Below are positions 38,498 through 48,876 of a DNA stretch of 64,000 nt, piece after piece (within the stretch, counting starts at the first letter, position 1; each line of letters opens with the position of its first letter). The notes below the pieces were generated by a model. It saw nothing but the letters and a program-made list of their open reading frames with translations, was not told the origin of the DNA and searched no databases. The translations under genes and the position numbers were made by a program. The DNA comes from an uncultured Candidatus Saccharibacteria bacterium (GTDB lineage: Bacteria > Patescibacteriota > Minisyncoccia > Phycocordibacterales > UBA5272), in assembly GCA_964457775.1 (NCBI GenBank), contig CAYWEW010000007.1:6961-70960 (forward strand), given 5' to 3'.

Positions 38498-39397
38498 ATG
38501 TCACGAATTATTACATTTAGTTTATTAATAATATTCATTGCCGTATCAGTAATTGGCTATGGTTATTATTTAATGCGTACTGTACCAAATAATTTTCCAC
38601 TAGGAAAAGTATTCACAGTTGGAGAGAATGAAAGTCTAAGAAGCCTAAGTAATAGGTTGGAGAATGAAAATTATATTCATTCTGCTTTGTGGTTTAGAGT
38701 TTGGGTCTCATCATTAGGTAAAGATAGAAATATTCAACTTGGAAATTATGAATTTAGCGAGCCTTATGTATTGAGAGATGTTGTTAAAAAATTTGTATTT
38801 GATACACCCGATAAACCACTTGTTCAAGTTACTATTCCAGAAGGAAGTACGTCGTTTGAAGTCGCCACTCTTGTTCATCAAGTCCTCCCAACAATTGATA
38901 TTGATATATTTGGAGAGAAGATTTCTAAGTATGAAGCTGACGGAAAACTTTTTCCATCAACATATTTTCTCTTACCTTCGCACACAGAAGAATATATAGT
39001 TAAGATGATGAAAGAAACATTTGAGAAGAAGTACATGTCTGCATTTAGATGGACAGTAATCCCAGAACCACTTACAAGTAGAGATGAAGTTATATCACTA
39101 GCATCAATTGTAGAAGGAGAGGCGAAATCAGAAGAAGATATGAAAATTGTTGCTGGAATATTACTTACTCGTTTGAATAAAAAAATGCCACTACAAGTTG
39201 ATGTGGCAATGGAAACATACAAATCAAAAGGTATTCCTAGTATACCAATTAACAATCCCGGACTTACAGCGTTAGGAGCAGTACTTAACCCAACAGCATC
39301 ACCACACCTTTTTTACTTAACAGGAAAGGATGGAAAGATGTATTATGCGAAAACTTTCGATGAGCATAAGAGAAACATTAATAAATATTTGAGATAG
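38498..39397 (+). CDS. mltG: Endolytic transglycosylase MltG
   Basis: VTIPEG, LFPSTY, LASIVEGE, MPLQVD, PINNPG, YYAKTFDEH. Confidence 0.9.
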   Translation: MSRIITFSLLIIFIAVSVIGYGYYLMRTVPNNFPLGKVFTVGENESLRSLSNRLENENYIHSALWFRVWVSSLGKDRNIQLGNYEFSEPYVLRDVVKKFVFDTPDKPLVQVTIPEGSTSFEVATLVHQVLPTIDIDIFGEKISKYEADGKLFPSTYFLLPSHTEEYIVKMMKETFEKKYMSAFRWTVIPEPLTSRDEVISLASIVEGEAKSEEDMKIVAGILLTRLNKKMPLQVDVAMETYKSKGIPSIPINNPGLTALGAVLNPTASPHLFYLTGKDGKMYYAKTFDEHKRNINKYLR

Positions 39398-39489
39398 TTA
39401 AGTCCAAGACACAAATCTGGTGAGTTGTAGTTGGTGGTTATTGGCTAATGGTTTATACTAAAATATCATTAACTAGTAACTATTTTATT

Positions 39490-40041
39490 ATGAAAGTACA
39501 CAACCTCGCATTTATCGATACAGAAACAACAGGAACAGATCCAGAGAAACATGAGATTATAGAGCTTGCCGTAATTATTGCAAAGCAAGTTGAGCGCGAA
39601 GGTAAGGGCCCTAAGCTTGAAATTATAGAAGAGTGTGAATGGAAAATAAAAATGCAACACCCGGAACGCGCTGAAGAGGCAGCACTTCGTGTGAATGGTT
39701 ATAACGAAGTTGATTGGATGTTTGCAGTTGATAGAAAGAAAGCGATGGAAGAATTTTCTAAGAAGACACAAAGTTGCACTTTTGTATCACACAATCTTGT
39801 ATTTGATTATGGGTTTGTGATGAAAGCATTCGAAGAAACAGGGGTTGAGAATCGTATGCACTATGCGAAACTGGATACTATATCTATGGCATTTGCTAGA
39901 CTCTACGATGCACGTATGGCAGATAAGTTTTCGCTTAGATTTTTATGTGAACTTTTGAAGGTAGAAAATAGCAAAGCTCATACCGCACTTGCAGACACAA
40001 AAGCTCTAGTTGAAGTCTATAAAAAATTGATGGGAGCATAA
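39490..40041 (+). CDS. DEDDh 3'-5' exonuclease (DnaQ-like)
   Basis: FIDTETTG, HN..FD, LDT, HTALAD. Confidence 0.88.
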   Translation: MKVHNLAFIDTETTGTDPEKHEIIELAVIIAKQVEREGKGPKLEIIEECEWKIKMQHPERAEEAALRVNGYNEVDWMFAVDRKKAMEEFSKKTQSCTFVSHNLVFDYGFVMKAFEETGVENRMHYAKLDTISMAFARLYDARMADKFSLRFLCELLKVENSKAHTALADTKALVEVYKKLMGA

Positions 40042-40139
40042 AGACAAAAGGTGGTTTTTGTGGTATAATTCTTTAATTGACCTGTTTGGTTATTGGTTTT
40101 TTAAATTATCTAATGCACTAACTACTAATTATTATCCTT

Positions 40140-42743
40140 ATGGCCCAGAAAAAAATAGAACATATAGAAAGCATAATTGTAAAAGGAGCAAGAACTCATA
40201 ATCTCAAAAACATTACTGTTGAGATGCCTCGTCATAAGATGATTGTTTTCACTGGACTCTCTGGATCAGGAAAATCATCACTTGCATTCGATACTATTTT
40301 TGCGGAAGGACAACGTCGTTATGTTGAATCACTTTCAGCGTATGCAAGGCAATTTTTGACACAATTACAAAAGCCAGATGTGGATGAAATTGTAGGACTC
40401 TCTCCGGCAATTTCTATTGATCAAAAATCAGCAGGACGTAACCCACGTTCAACAGTTGCAACCATCACAGAAATTTATGATTATCTTCGCGTGCTTTATG
40501 CTCGTGTTGGAAAGCCTTATTGTGTAGAATGTGGAGCCAAAATTCAAAAACTTTCCAACGAAGAAATCATGCATTTTATTTTAAATAAAGTAAAAGGTGT
40601 CGATTATAAGAAAGTAAAGAAAGAGTTAATGGGGGTAGAATTTTCTCACGCAGAAATTCATATCATGTCACCACTGGTGAGAGGAAGAAAGGGAGAACAT
40701 TATCAAATGTTATACGATATGTTAGGGAAGGGGTATACCGAAGCCGTGATTGATGGTAATCGTAAGTCGCTTCGTGAACAAATAGTGCTTTCAAAAACAA
40801 AGAAACATGAGATATCAATTATTGTTGACTCAATTTCACTTGATGATTTTCGTACGAAGCAAACTGAGAAGGACGCAATGATACGTCTCTCAGAAGCAAT
40901 TGAGCGAGCACTTCACGAGTCAAATGGATTACTTGAAGTAGAAATACTTGGAGAAAAAACAATAATGAGTAATAAGTTTTCATGTGCAGAATGCGGGTTT
41001 TCATTTCCAGAAATAGAACCTAGATTATTTTCTTTCAACTCACCATATGGTGCATGTCCTACTTGTAATGGTCTTGGGACAAAGTATTTCGGGGGCTTGG
41101 ATGAATGTGATGATTGTCATGGTAAACGCTTACGTCCAGAAGCACTTCACGTATATCTAGATGATGTTGAAAAAATAAATATCGTTGATATTACAGCACT
41201 TTCGATAAAGGATGCGAAGGATTATTTCGCACGTATTCCACTAACACCAAAAGAACAAGAGATTGCATCAGTTGTTATTAAAGAAATAGAATCAAGATTA
41301 GAGTTCATGTTAAATGTGGGACTGGACTATTTATCACTTAATCGAAAGGCAGACACATTATCTGGTGGTGAAGCTCAACGTATAAGACTCGCCTCACAAC
41401 TCGGCTCTCAACTAGTTGGAGCTCTGTATGTACTTGATGAACCAACAATCGGCCTTCATCAACGTGATAATGAAAGACTAATCAAAACATTATTACATCT
41501 TCGTGATATAGGTAATACAATCATTATTGTTGAACACGACGAGGATACTATTTTTGCGTCAGATTATATTGTTGACATTGGTCCAAAAGCTGGAGTACAT
41601 GGTGGTGAAGTAGTTGTGTCTGGATACCTTGAGGAATTATTAACTGCACCTAGAAATAAATCTGGAAGTGTAACGCTCTCATATCTTCGTGGTGAAAAGG
41701 AAATTGCAGTTCCTGTTCGCAGACAACAAGACAAAGGAACGATTCGAGTTACAGGTGGAAATGTTTTCAATATTAAAGATATGAATGTGAATGTTCCACT
41801 TGGAAAATTAGGAGTAATCACTGGTGTGTCTGGTTCTGGTAAAAGTTCACTTATGTATGAAATTCTACATCGTAACTTACTTGCTAGACTTGAGCGTCGT
41901 CATCGCACCGCACAGATTTATAATTGTGCAACATTTACTGGAACGGAATACATTTCACGAGTGGTTATGATTGACCAGTCAGCGATTGGACGCACCCCTA
42001 GATCTAATCCTGCGACATACACTGGATGTTGGACATTTATTCGTGACTTGTTCGCAGAGACAGAAGAAGCGCGTATCAGAGGATGGAAGCCCTCACGCTT
42101 TTCTTTTAATGTGAAAGGTGGACGTTGCGAGGTGTGTCAGGGTAATGGTGAGATTGCGGTTGAGATGCACTTCCTTCCAACTGTTTATGTGCAATGTGAT
42201 GTGTGCCAAGGGAAAAGATTCATGAAAGAAACTCTTGAAGTGAAGTGGAAAGGAAAGAGTATATATGATGTGCTTAATATGACTGTTGAAGAGTCATTAA
42301 CATTTTTTTATGACATTCCTGCAGTTTATGATCGCATCAAAACATTATCTGATGTAGGGTTGGACTATCTTACACTTGGTCAATCAGCAACAACTCTTTC
42401 AGGCGGAGAAGCACAGCGTGTCAAAATTTCTTCAGAACTTTATCGTCCACATGTTGAAAAAACAATATATCTTCTTGATGAGCCATCAATTGGTCTTCAT
42501 TATGAAGACGTTGTGAAGTTGATGGATATATTAAACAAATTAGTTGATAAGGGAAATACAGTTCTACTTATTGAGCATAATTTGGATATAATAAAATGCG
42601 CTGACCATGTTATTGATATTGGACCAGAAGGGGGTGTTGGTGGTGGTAAAGTTGTAGCAACCGGAACCCCAGAGCAAGTAGCAAGTAATCCGAATAGTTA
42701 TACAGGTCAGTACTTGAAAAAAATTCTGAAAAGAAGAAAATAA
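40140..42743 (+). CDS. uvrA: Excinuclease ABC subunit A
   Basis: GLSGSGKSSL, LSGGEAQR x2, Zn fingers, GVSGSGKSS. Confidence 0.97.
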   Translation: MAQKKIEHIESIIVKGARTHNLKNITVEMPRHKMIVFTGLSGSGKSSLAFDTIFAEGQRRYVESLSAYARQFLTQLQKPDVDEIVGLSPAISIDQKSAGRNPRSTVATITEIYDYLRVLYARVGKPYCVECGAKIQKLSNEEIMHFILNKVKGVDYKKVKKELMGVEFSHAEIHIMSPLVRGRKGEHYQMLYDMLGKGYTEAVIDGNRKSLREQIVLSKTKKHEISIIVDSISLDDFRTKQTEKDAMIRLSEAIERALHESNGLLEVEILGEKTIMSNKFSCAECGFSFPEIEPRLFSFNSPYGACPTCNGLGTKYFGGLDECDDCHGKRLRPEALHVYLDDVEKINIVDITALSIKDAKDYFARIPLTPKEQEIASVVIKEIESRLEFMLNVGLDYLSLNRKADTLSGGEAQRIRLASQLGSQLVGALYVLDEPTIGLHQRDNERLIKTLLHLRDIGNTIIIVEHDEDTIFASDYIVDIGPKAGVHGGEVVVSGYLEELLTAPRNKSGSVTLSYLRGEKEIAVPVRRQQDKGTIRVTGGNVFNIKDMNVNVPLGKLGVITGVSGSGKSSLMYEILHRNLLARLERRHRTAQIYNCATFTGTEYISRVVMIDQSAIGRTPRSNPATYTGCWTFIRDLFAETEEARIRGWKPSRFSFNVKGGRCEVCQGNGEIAVEMHFLPTVYVQCDVCQGKRFMKETLEVKWKGKSIYDVLNMTVEESLTFFYDIPAVYDRIKTLSDVGLDYLTLGQSATTLSGGEAQRVKISSELYRPHVEKTIYLLDEPSIGLHYEDVVKLMDILNKLVDKGNTVLLIEHNLDIIKCADHVIDIGPEGGVGGGKVVATGTPEQVASNPNSYTGQYLKKILKRRK

Positions 42744-42772
42744 AAAAGCAGCAAGTTTTCACTTGCTGCTTT
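42744..42772. terminator. Bidirectional terminator
   Basis: AAAAGCAGCAAGT-tttc-ACTTGCTGCTTTT. Confidence 0.75.
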
Positions 42773-42790
42773 TGGTTGTTCTAGTCAAGA

Positions 42791-43000
42791 TTACACTGAA
42801 GTGCTTTCTTGAGCTGATTCAACCTTCGATTGATGCAAAGTATGATTCCGATAGGTTCCCATTTCTTGGAACGGGTGACAGTCAGGCCGAGCAGGTATTG
42901 CCCCATTCCCCACTCTTGTGTATGTTCTCGTCGCAATCTTTTCGCGAGTGCAAGATATACACTTAAAGGGACATGGGTGTTCTCCATCAAGATCAGGCAT
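42791..43000 (-). CDS. Small Cys-rich hypothetical protein (69 aa, MPDLDGEHPCPFKCISC...)
   Basis: Strong AAGGAGGGAG SD before ATG; start overlaps the end of the upstream small ORF. Confidence 0.45.
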   Translation of the reverse strand: MPDLDGEHPCPFKCISCTREKIATRTYTRVGNGAIPARPDCHPFQEMGTYRNHTLHQSKVESAQESTSV

Positions 43001-43139
43001 GTTCTCCCTCCTTGTTATTGATTTCTTTGTCACCCTCCTTAATTTCAGTTCCGCACAGATAGTGCATGGACTGAAGGAGAAACTTCTGAACACGTTCTTC
43101 GTGCTCATGTTGTGTTGCATGCGGTACTTGATTCGGCAT
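42993..43139 (-). CDS. Small hypothetical protein (48 aa, MPNQVPHATQHEHEER...)
   Basis: Translated by hand, below the ORF-track cutoff; AAAGGGG SD. Confidence 0.4.
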   Translation of the reverse strand: MPNQVPHATQHEHEERVQKFLLQSMHYLCGTEIKEGDKEINNKEGEHA

Positions 43140-43270
43140 CGATTAGACCCCTTTGAAAAATTGATGAAAGAACTACGTGTTTGCAAAAAAAGCATAAATC
43201 AAGCAAAAAGTTCTTAGTACTTGAAATTTGCATTTTTATCTAAGCAAGAGTATATTATACCATATAATCT

Positions 43271-44485
43271 ATGAAAAAGCAAGAATTATCCACACTTAAA
43301 CTCCCTGATAGACCAGGGGTCTATTTTTTTCGAGATAAAGAAGGAAGTATTTTATATATCGGTAAAGCTACTTCACTTAAAGACAGAGTAAGAAGTTACT
43401 TTAATCCAGACCTTATGGAAACAAGAGGTCTTCGTTTGGTGAGTATGGTAACAATTGCAAATACTGTAACTTATCAAGAAACTGACAGTGTTCTCGAAGC
43501 CTTACTTCTGGAAAGTAAACTAATTAAAGAACACATCCCAATATATAATGCGAAAGAAAAGGATAATAAAAGCTTCGCATGTGTAGTTATTACAAAGGAA
43601 GAATTCCCAAGAGTACTCACAATGCGTATTCGTGATTTTGAAAAGAAAATTTCAAAGAAAGATATTATAGATGTATACGGTCCATTTTCGTCCATGACAC
43701 AACTACGTGATGCAATGAAAATTGTAAGGAAATTATTCCCATATAGAGATACATGTGAACTTGGTCAAACTAAACAATGCTTTAATGCCCAAATTGGTCT
43801 TTGTCCTGGTCTTTGTACTGGGAAAATTACAGCAATTGAGTATAAAAAGAATATAAATAATATTCGCAAATTGTTCAGTGGTAAAAAAACTGAAATCAAA
43901 AAGTCTCTGGAGAAAGATATGAAGGATTATGCCAAAAAACACTTATTTGAAAAGGCTGCATACGCTCGCAACACACTTTTTGCAATCGATCACATAAAAG
44001 ACATTTCATTAATAAAAGGGGAAGAAATAATGTCCTTTAAAAATATTGATTTTCGAATTGAGGCTTATGACGTTGCACACATATCTGGAACCTCTCGTGT
44101 TGGAGTTATGGTTGTATTAGAAGGAAAAGAAAAAGCAAAGAACGAGTATCGTAAGTTTAAGTTGGAAGAAAAAGTAAATGACGACTATGAAGGTTTGCGT
44201 CAAATTTTAAGCAGAAGATTCTCACACAAAGAGTGGCGATATCCAGATATAATTGTAATTGATGGAGGGAATGCCCATAAACAAGTAGCTGAAAAGGTTA
44301 TTGCGAGTTTAGGATTATTAATTCCTTGTGTTTCAGTAGTAAAAGATGACAGACATAAACCAAAAGACATACTAGGGGATAAAGTACATGTGGATTACCA
44401 TAAAAAGGAAATACTTTTAGTCAATGGAGAGGCGCACCGATTCGCGATTAATTATCACAAGAGCTTAAGAAATAAGATAAAGTAG
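43271..44485 (+). CDS. uvrC: Excinuclease ABC subunit C (short form, no HhH tail)
   Basis: GIY-YIG (PGVY...YIGKA..L..RVRSYF), UVR domain, EAYDVAH, PD.IVIDGG. Confidence 0.92.
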   Translation: MKKQELSTLKLPDRPGVYFFRDKEGSILYIGKATSLKDRVRSYFNPDLMETRGLRLVSMVTIANTVTYQETDSVLEALLLESKLIKEHIPIYNAKEKDNKSFACVVITKEEFPRVLTMRIRDFEKKISKKDIIDVYGPFSSMTQLRDAMKIVRKLFPYRDTCELGQTKQCFNAQIGLCPGLCTGKITAIEYKKNINNIRKLFSGKKTEIKKSLEKDMKDYAKKHLFEKAAYARNTLFAIDHIKDISLIKGEEIMSFKNIDFRIEAYDVAHISGTSRVGVMVVLEGKEKAKNEYRKFKLEEKVNDDYEGLRQILSRRFSHKEWRYPDIIVIDGGNAHKQVAEKVIASLGLLIPCVSVVKDDRHKPKDILGDKVHVDYHKKEILLVNGEAHRFAINYHKSLRNKIK

Positions 44486-44582
44486 ACGTAATGATTTTGA
44501 CATGTCAAGAGTAACTATTGACATAGAATTATGGGACAAAAATTGCGTCTTTTACTATTTACTGTGTACACTGAATACATCC

Positions 44583-44708
44583 AAGGACTTCCAAACCCGA
44601 GCGATATTCTTTGTCAAAACGCCAGATTTTTATTTAGTTTTTAACACCTCCTTCTCTTTAAAATCTTCGTTTTCTCTCAGAATCAATATGGTTTGGAAGT
44701 TCTTTTAT
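44583..44708 (+). ncRNA. Candidate rod-shaped RNA / structured leader upstream of nrdA
   Basis: 15-bp closing stem AAGGACTTCCAAACC/GGTTTGGAAGTTCTT, three inner helices, loop CACCTCCTT, trailing T-run. Confidence 0.45.
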
Positions 44709-44738
44709 TTATAAATGTAATATCAACTAAATTAGTGT

Positions 44739-47639
44739 ATGGCTACCCTACAAATCATAAAAAAGAGAAATGGAGAAATTGTTAGTTTTGATATTGGTAA
44801 AATAGAGAAAGTAATTAAAAAAGCTTTCCTTGCAACTAGATTAGACGAGAATGTTGCTGTAGCAAAAAGCATAGCTGGTCTTGTAAAAAGTGAGCTTGAT
44901 TATAAGTTGTTAGTTAACGAAGAAACAACTTTAACTGTGGAGCAGATACAAGATATAGTTGAAAGACATTTGATGTCAGCTGGATTTTTTGATGTAGCAA
45001 AAAAGTATATTATTTATCGTTATGAGCACGAGAAAATACGAGAACAAGAGAAGTTCGAAGTAATAGAAAAGCTAGAAGAAGGGGCTCTCTACGTTACAAA
45101 GCGAAATGGCAAGAAACAAAAGTTTGATATTGAAAAGGTGAAAAAGAGTCTACTCTTTGTTGTTTCCACATTTAATGACGAAGACAAAAATCTTTTCGAA
45201 ACAGATACCGTTCTCAGTCAAGTGAAGTTAGACGTCTTCGAGAATATGACTACTGAGGATATTCAAAAAATATTAATTATGAATATCAGGTCAATGATTG
45301 AACTAGACCCAATTTATTCAAAAGTTGCAGCGAGACTTTTGCTTTCAAAATTATATAGACAAGTTTTTGGTGGTAATTTGGATTTTGAAAATATCAAAAC
45401 CGAGATGAAGAAGTTCTATCCAAAATATATACAGAAGATGGTAGAGTTGAAAAAGTTCGACCCAAGAATGTTGGATTTCAATTTGGAAAAGCTATCCGAA
45501 TATTTGGTATTAGAGAGAGATTATAATTTTGAGTACATGGGACTTGAGATTTTATCATCAAGATATTTAATAGAAGATAGTGAAACTAATCTACCACTCG
45601 AGACTCCACAGATGTTCTGGATGCGTATTGCGATGGGAACTGCATTAGTTGAGGAGAAAGGTAAGAAAGAAGAAATTGCAAAAAACTTCTATGACATTTT
45701 GTCTGAATTTTATTACACACCTGGAGGTAGAACTTTATTCCAATCAGGAACTATCAAGGCACAGTTATCTAATTGTTTCTTGAATGTTGTACCGGATGAC
45801 CTTCGTGAAATATTCAGAATGTATTCTGACAACGCTCAATTATTGAAGTGGTCAGGAGGGGTAGGAACAAGTTGGTCAAAAATTCGTGGTACAGGTGCAA
45901 GGGTAAAATCAGTAGACATCCACTCTCAAGGAGTTGTTCCATATCTTAAGATTGCTAATGATATAAATGTTTGTGTTATGAGAAGTGGCAAGCGTCGCGC
46001 AGCTTCTGTGGTGTACTTGGAAACATGGCACGTTGATATCGAAGACTTCTTGGAACTTCGTAAGAACACAGGAGATGAACGTCGTCGTACTCATGATTTG
46101 AACACAGCCAACTGGATTCCAGATTTGTTTATGGAAAGAGTGAAGAGAGATGAGGAATGGACATTGTTTTCTCCAGACGAGACTCCAGATTTGCCTGAAT
46201 TGTATGGTAAGAAGTTCAACGCTCGTTATGAACAATATGAGCAAATGGCAAAAGAAGGAAAAATTAAATTGTTCAAAACAATAAAAGCAAAAGATCTTTG
46301 GAAGAAAATGATTGGAATGCTTTTCGAAACTGGACACCCTTGGATTTGTTTCAAAGACCCATCCAATATTCGTAGTCCGCAAGACCATGCTGGAGTTATA
46401 CATTCTTCAAATCTTTGTACAGAGATTATGCTTAATACTTCAGAGAATGAGACCGCTGTATGTAATCTAGGCTCAATTAACTTGGCAAAGTTCGTGACCA
46501 AGAATAAGACTATTGATAAGGAATTATTACAGAAGATAGTTAGATATTCTGTGAGAATGATTGATAACACTGTAGATATTAATTATTATCCAACAGAAGA
46601 TAGTAAGGCGTCTAATATGAAGCATAGACCAATTGGACTTGGTGTTCGTGGTTACCATGATGCACTTTATGGTATGGGTATTTTGTTTGATACTAATGAA
46701 GCAGTGGATTTCGCGGATGAATCAATGGAACTTATTTCCTATTACACCATTCTTTCATCAAGTGAGCTTGCAAGAGAGAAGGGCGCTTATCAATCATATG
46801 AAGGTTCAAAGTGGAGTCGTGGAATATTACCACAAGATACAATTGAATTATTAGAAAAAGAAAGAAACACAGTAATTGATATTCCAAAGGGAGGCAAGTT
46901 GGATTGGACACCAGTGAGAAAGCATATCAAGGAATTCGGAATGAGAAATTCTAACACAATGGCGATTGCACCAACTGCATCTACCGCTAACCTTGTTGGA
47001 TGTATTCCAACTGTTGAGCCAATTTATAAGAATATTTATGTGAAGAGTAACAAGGAAGGTGAATTCATTGTTGTGAACAAATATCTAGTTGAAGATTTGA
47101 AGAAAATAAATCTTTGGAATAGAGACATGGTTAATAAGATTAAGTTCTATGACGGTTCTATTCAAGAAATACATGAGATACCACAAGATATCAAGAACAA
47201 ACACAAGGAAGTGTTCGATATCGATCAGAAGTGGCTCATTCTAGCTGCAGCTCGTCGTGGTAAGTGGATTGACCAAGCTCAGTCTATTAATATATTCTTC
47301 AAGGGTTCATCTGGAAAAGATTTGTCAGAAATATATATGCTCGCATATGATCTTGGACTTAAGACAACTTATTATCTTCGAACACTTGGCGCTTCTCAAG
47401 TAGAAAAGTCCACTGTGAACACATCTGAATTCGGCTCAACACACTTAAGAGACGGTAAGGCATCAATTGTTGCTTCATCAACAGCGGTGAATGATATACC
47501 TTCATCTTTTAATCAAGGAGTGAACATGGTTGCCAGTATTCCTGTAGCAAAAGTTGCAGAGGCAATTACAATTGAAAAACCAAAGTATGTAATTTATCGA
47601 CCAGAACAGATAGAAGAATGTGAAGGATGCTCAGCGTAG
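44739..47639 (+). CDS. nrdA: Ribonucleoside-diphosphate reductase alpha subunit (two ATP cones)
   Basis: IIKKRNG and VTKRNG cones, SNCF, SNLCTE, APTAS, KTTYY, C-terminal CEGC. Confidence 0.96.
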   Translation: MATLQIIKKRNGEIVSFDIGKIEKVIKKAFLATRLDENVAVAKSIAGLVKSELDYKLLVNEETTLTVEQIQDIVERHLMSAGFFDVAKKYIIYRYEHEKIREQEKFEVIEKLEEGALYVTKRNGKKQKFDIEKVKKSLLFVVSTFNDEDKNLFETDTVLSQVKLDVFENMTTEDIQKILIMNIRSMIELDPIYSKVAARLLLSKLYRQVFGGNLDFENIKTEMKKFYPKYIQKMVELKKFDPRMLDFNLEKLSEYLVLERDYNFEYMGLEILSSRYLIEDSETNLPLETPQMFWMRIAMGTALVEEKGKKEEIAKNFYDILSEFYYTPGGRTLFQSGTIKAQLSNCFLNVVPDDLREIFRMYSDNAQLLKWSGGVGTSWSKIRGTGARVKSVDIHSQGVVPYLKIANDINVCVMRSGKRRAASVVYLETWHVDIEDFLELRKNTGDERRRTHDLNTANWIPDLFMERVKRDEEWTLFSPDETPDLPELYGKKFNARYEQYEQMAKEGKIKLFKTIKAKDLWKKMIGMLFETGHPWICFKDPSNIRSPQDHAGVIHSSNLCTEIMLNTSENETAVCNLGSINLAKFVTKNKTIDKELLQKIVRYSVRMIDNTVDINYYPTEDSKASNMKHRPIGLGVRGYHDALYGMGILFDTNEAVDFADESMELISYYTILSSSELAREKGAYQSYEGSKWSRGILPQDTIELLEKERNTVIDIPKGGKLDWTPVRKHIKEFGMRNSNTMAIAPTASTANLVGCIPTVEPIYKNIYVKSNKEGEFIVVNKYLVEDLKKINLWNRDMVNKIKFYDGSIQEIHEIPQDIKNKHKEVFDIDQKWLILAAARRGKWIDQAQSINIFFKGSSGKDLSEIYMLAYDLGLKTTYYLRTLGASQVEKSTVNTSEFGSTHLRDGKASIVASSTAVNDIPSSFNQGVNMVASIPVAKVAEAITIEKPKYVIYRPEQIEECEGCSA

Positions 47640-47683
47640 CTCAAAATTATAAACCGTTAGAAATTATTAAATAAAAATATATC

Positions 47684-48718
47684 ATGCCTATTATACCGAC
47701 CACCCAAAAGATTGATATCAATCAAAGAAAAATCATCAATGGAAAAGATGCTGATGTTATGCAACTTTATCCGATGAAGCATACTTATGCATGGGATACA
47801 TATCTCGCTGCAAATGCCAATCACTGGCTCCCAACCGAAATATCAATGCAAAGAGATATTGAACAATGGAAGAGTAAAGATACTCTTACTCAAGATGAGA
47901 GAGATGCTTTCGAGACAGTGCTTGGATTCTTCTCCACCGCGGACTCACTCGCCGCGAATAATGTGGTACTCGCATTCTATAAGCACATCACTAGTCCAGA
48001 AGTTAGAATGTATCTTCTTCGTCAAGGTTATGAAGAGGCGATTCATACACATTCATATCAATATATTGTGGAGTCACTTGGGCTAGATCAAGGCAAAATC
48101 TTCAACATGTATCGTGAGAAAAAGGCCATATATGATAAGGATAATTTGGTTTTGTCATTGAATGAAGGAATATTTGATGATAATTTCCATACAGGAACAT
48201 TTGAAAATGACCAGAAGTTTTTGGAGAATATGTGTGTGTTCTCACTCATTATGGAAGGACTATTCTTCTATTCTTCTTTTGCGGTGATGTTTGGTCTTCA
48301 GCGACAAAATAAAATGACAGCGAGTGCAGAGCAGATACAATATATTATGCGTGATGAATCCAATCACTTGAACTTCGGTGTGTTCATGATTAACACTATT
48401 AAGGAAGAACAGCCAGAGTTGTGGACTCCAGAATTCCAACAGCATATTATTGATTTGATGAAGCGCGCGGTTGACCTTGAGTATGAGTTCGCTATTACAG
48501 TTTTCCCTAAAGGAATATTCGGTATGAATGCGCAAGGGTTCAGACAATATACTGAGCATATTGCAGACAGACGTTTGAATGCTGTTGGTTTGCCTTCAGT
48601 ATATGGCTCAGCGAATCCATTCCCATGGATGAGTGAGGCGATTGATTTGTCGAAGGAGAAGAATTTCTTTGAGACCCGCGTGACCGAGTACAAAGTTGGT
48701 GGCACCCTAGAATGGTAA
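47684..48718 (+). CDS. nrdB: Ribonucleoside-diphosphate reductase beta subunit
   Basis: W.PTEI, EEAIH..SY, EG.FFY..F, RDESNH, NFFETRVTEY. Confidence 0.96.
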   Translation: MPIIPTTQKIDINQRKIINGKDADVMQLYPMKHTYAWDTYLAANANHWLPTEISMQRDIEQWKSKDTLTQDERDAFETVLGFFSTADSLAANNVVLAFYKHITSPEVRMYLLRQGYEEAIHTHSYQYIVESLGLDQGKIFNMYREKKAIYDKDNLVLSLNEGIFDDNFHTGTFENDQKFLENMCVFSLIMEGLFFYSSFAVMFGLQRQNKMTASAEQIQYIMRDESNHLNFGVFMINTIKEEQPELWTPEFQQHIIDLMKRAVDLEYEFAITVFPKGIFGMNAQGFRQYTEHIADRRLNAVGLPSVYGSANPFPWMSEAIDLSKEKNFFETRVTEYKVGGTLEW

Positions 48719-48843
48719 CTATTTCGCAATAAATTACTTCATCTACTTCGTTATGGAGCCTCGCGTGCTCGTCAACGTAGACCTACTACGTCTCCTCGCA
48801 CGCACTCCATGCCTCGTATCTAAAGCAATTTCTTGTGAAATAG
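48719..48843 (-). repeat. Palindromic repeat family, copy B
   Basis: On -: AGATACGAGGC-stem-ACGTAG..CTACGT-stem-AACGAAGTAGAT within an outer IR. Confidence 0.75.
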
Positions 48844-48876
48844 AATTAATTATTTAATAATTTAAACAAAATTAAA

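Noticed and set aside
44502-44714. 70-aa ORF before nrdA
   Set aside because: Overlaps promoter elements and the long hairpin; no SD or recognisable protein features
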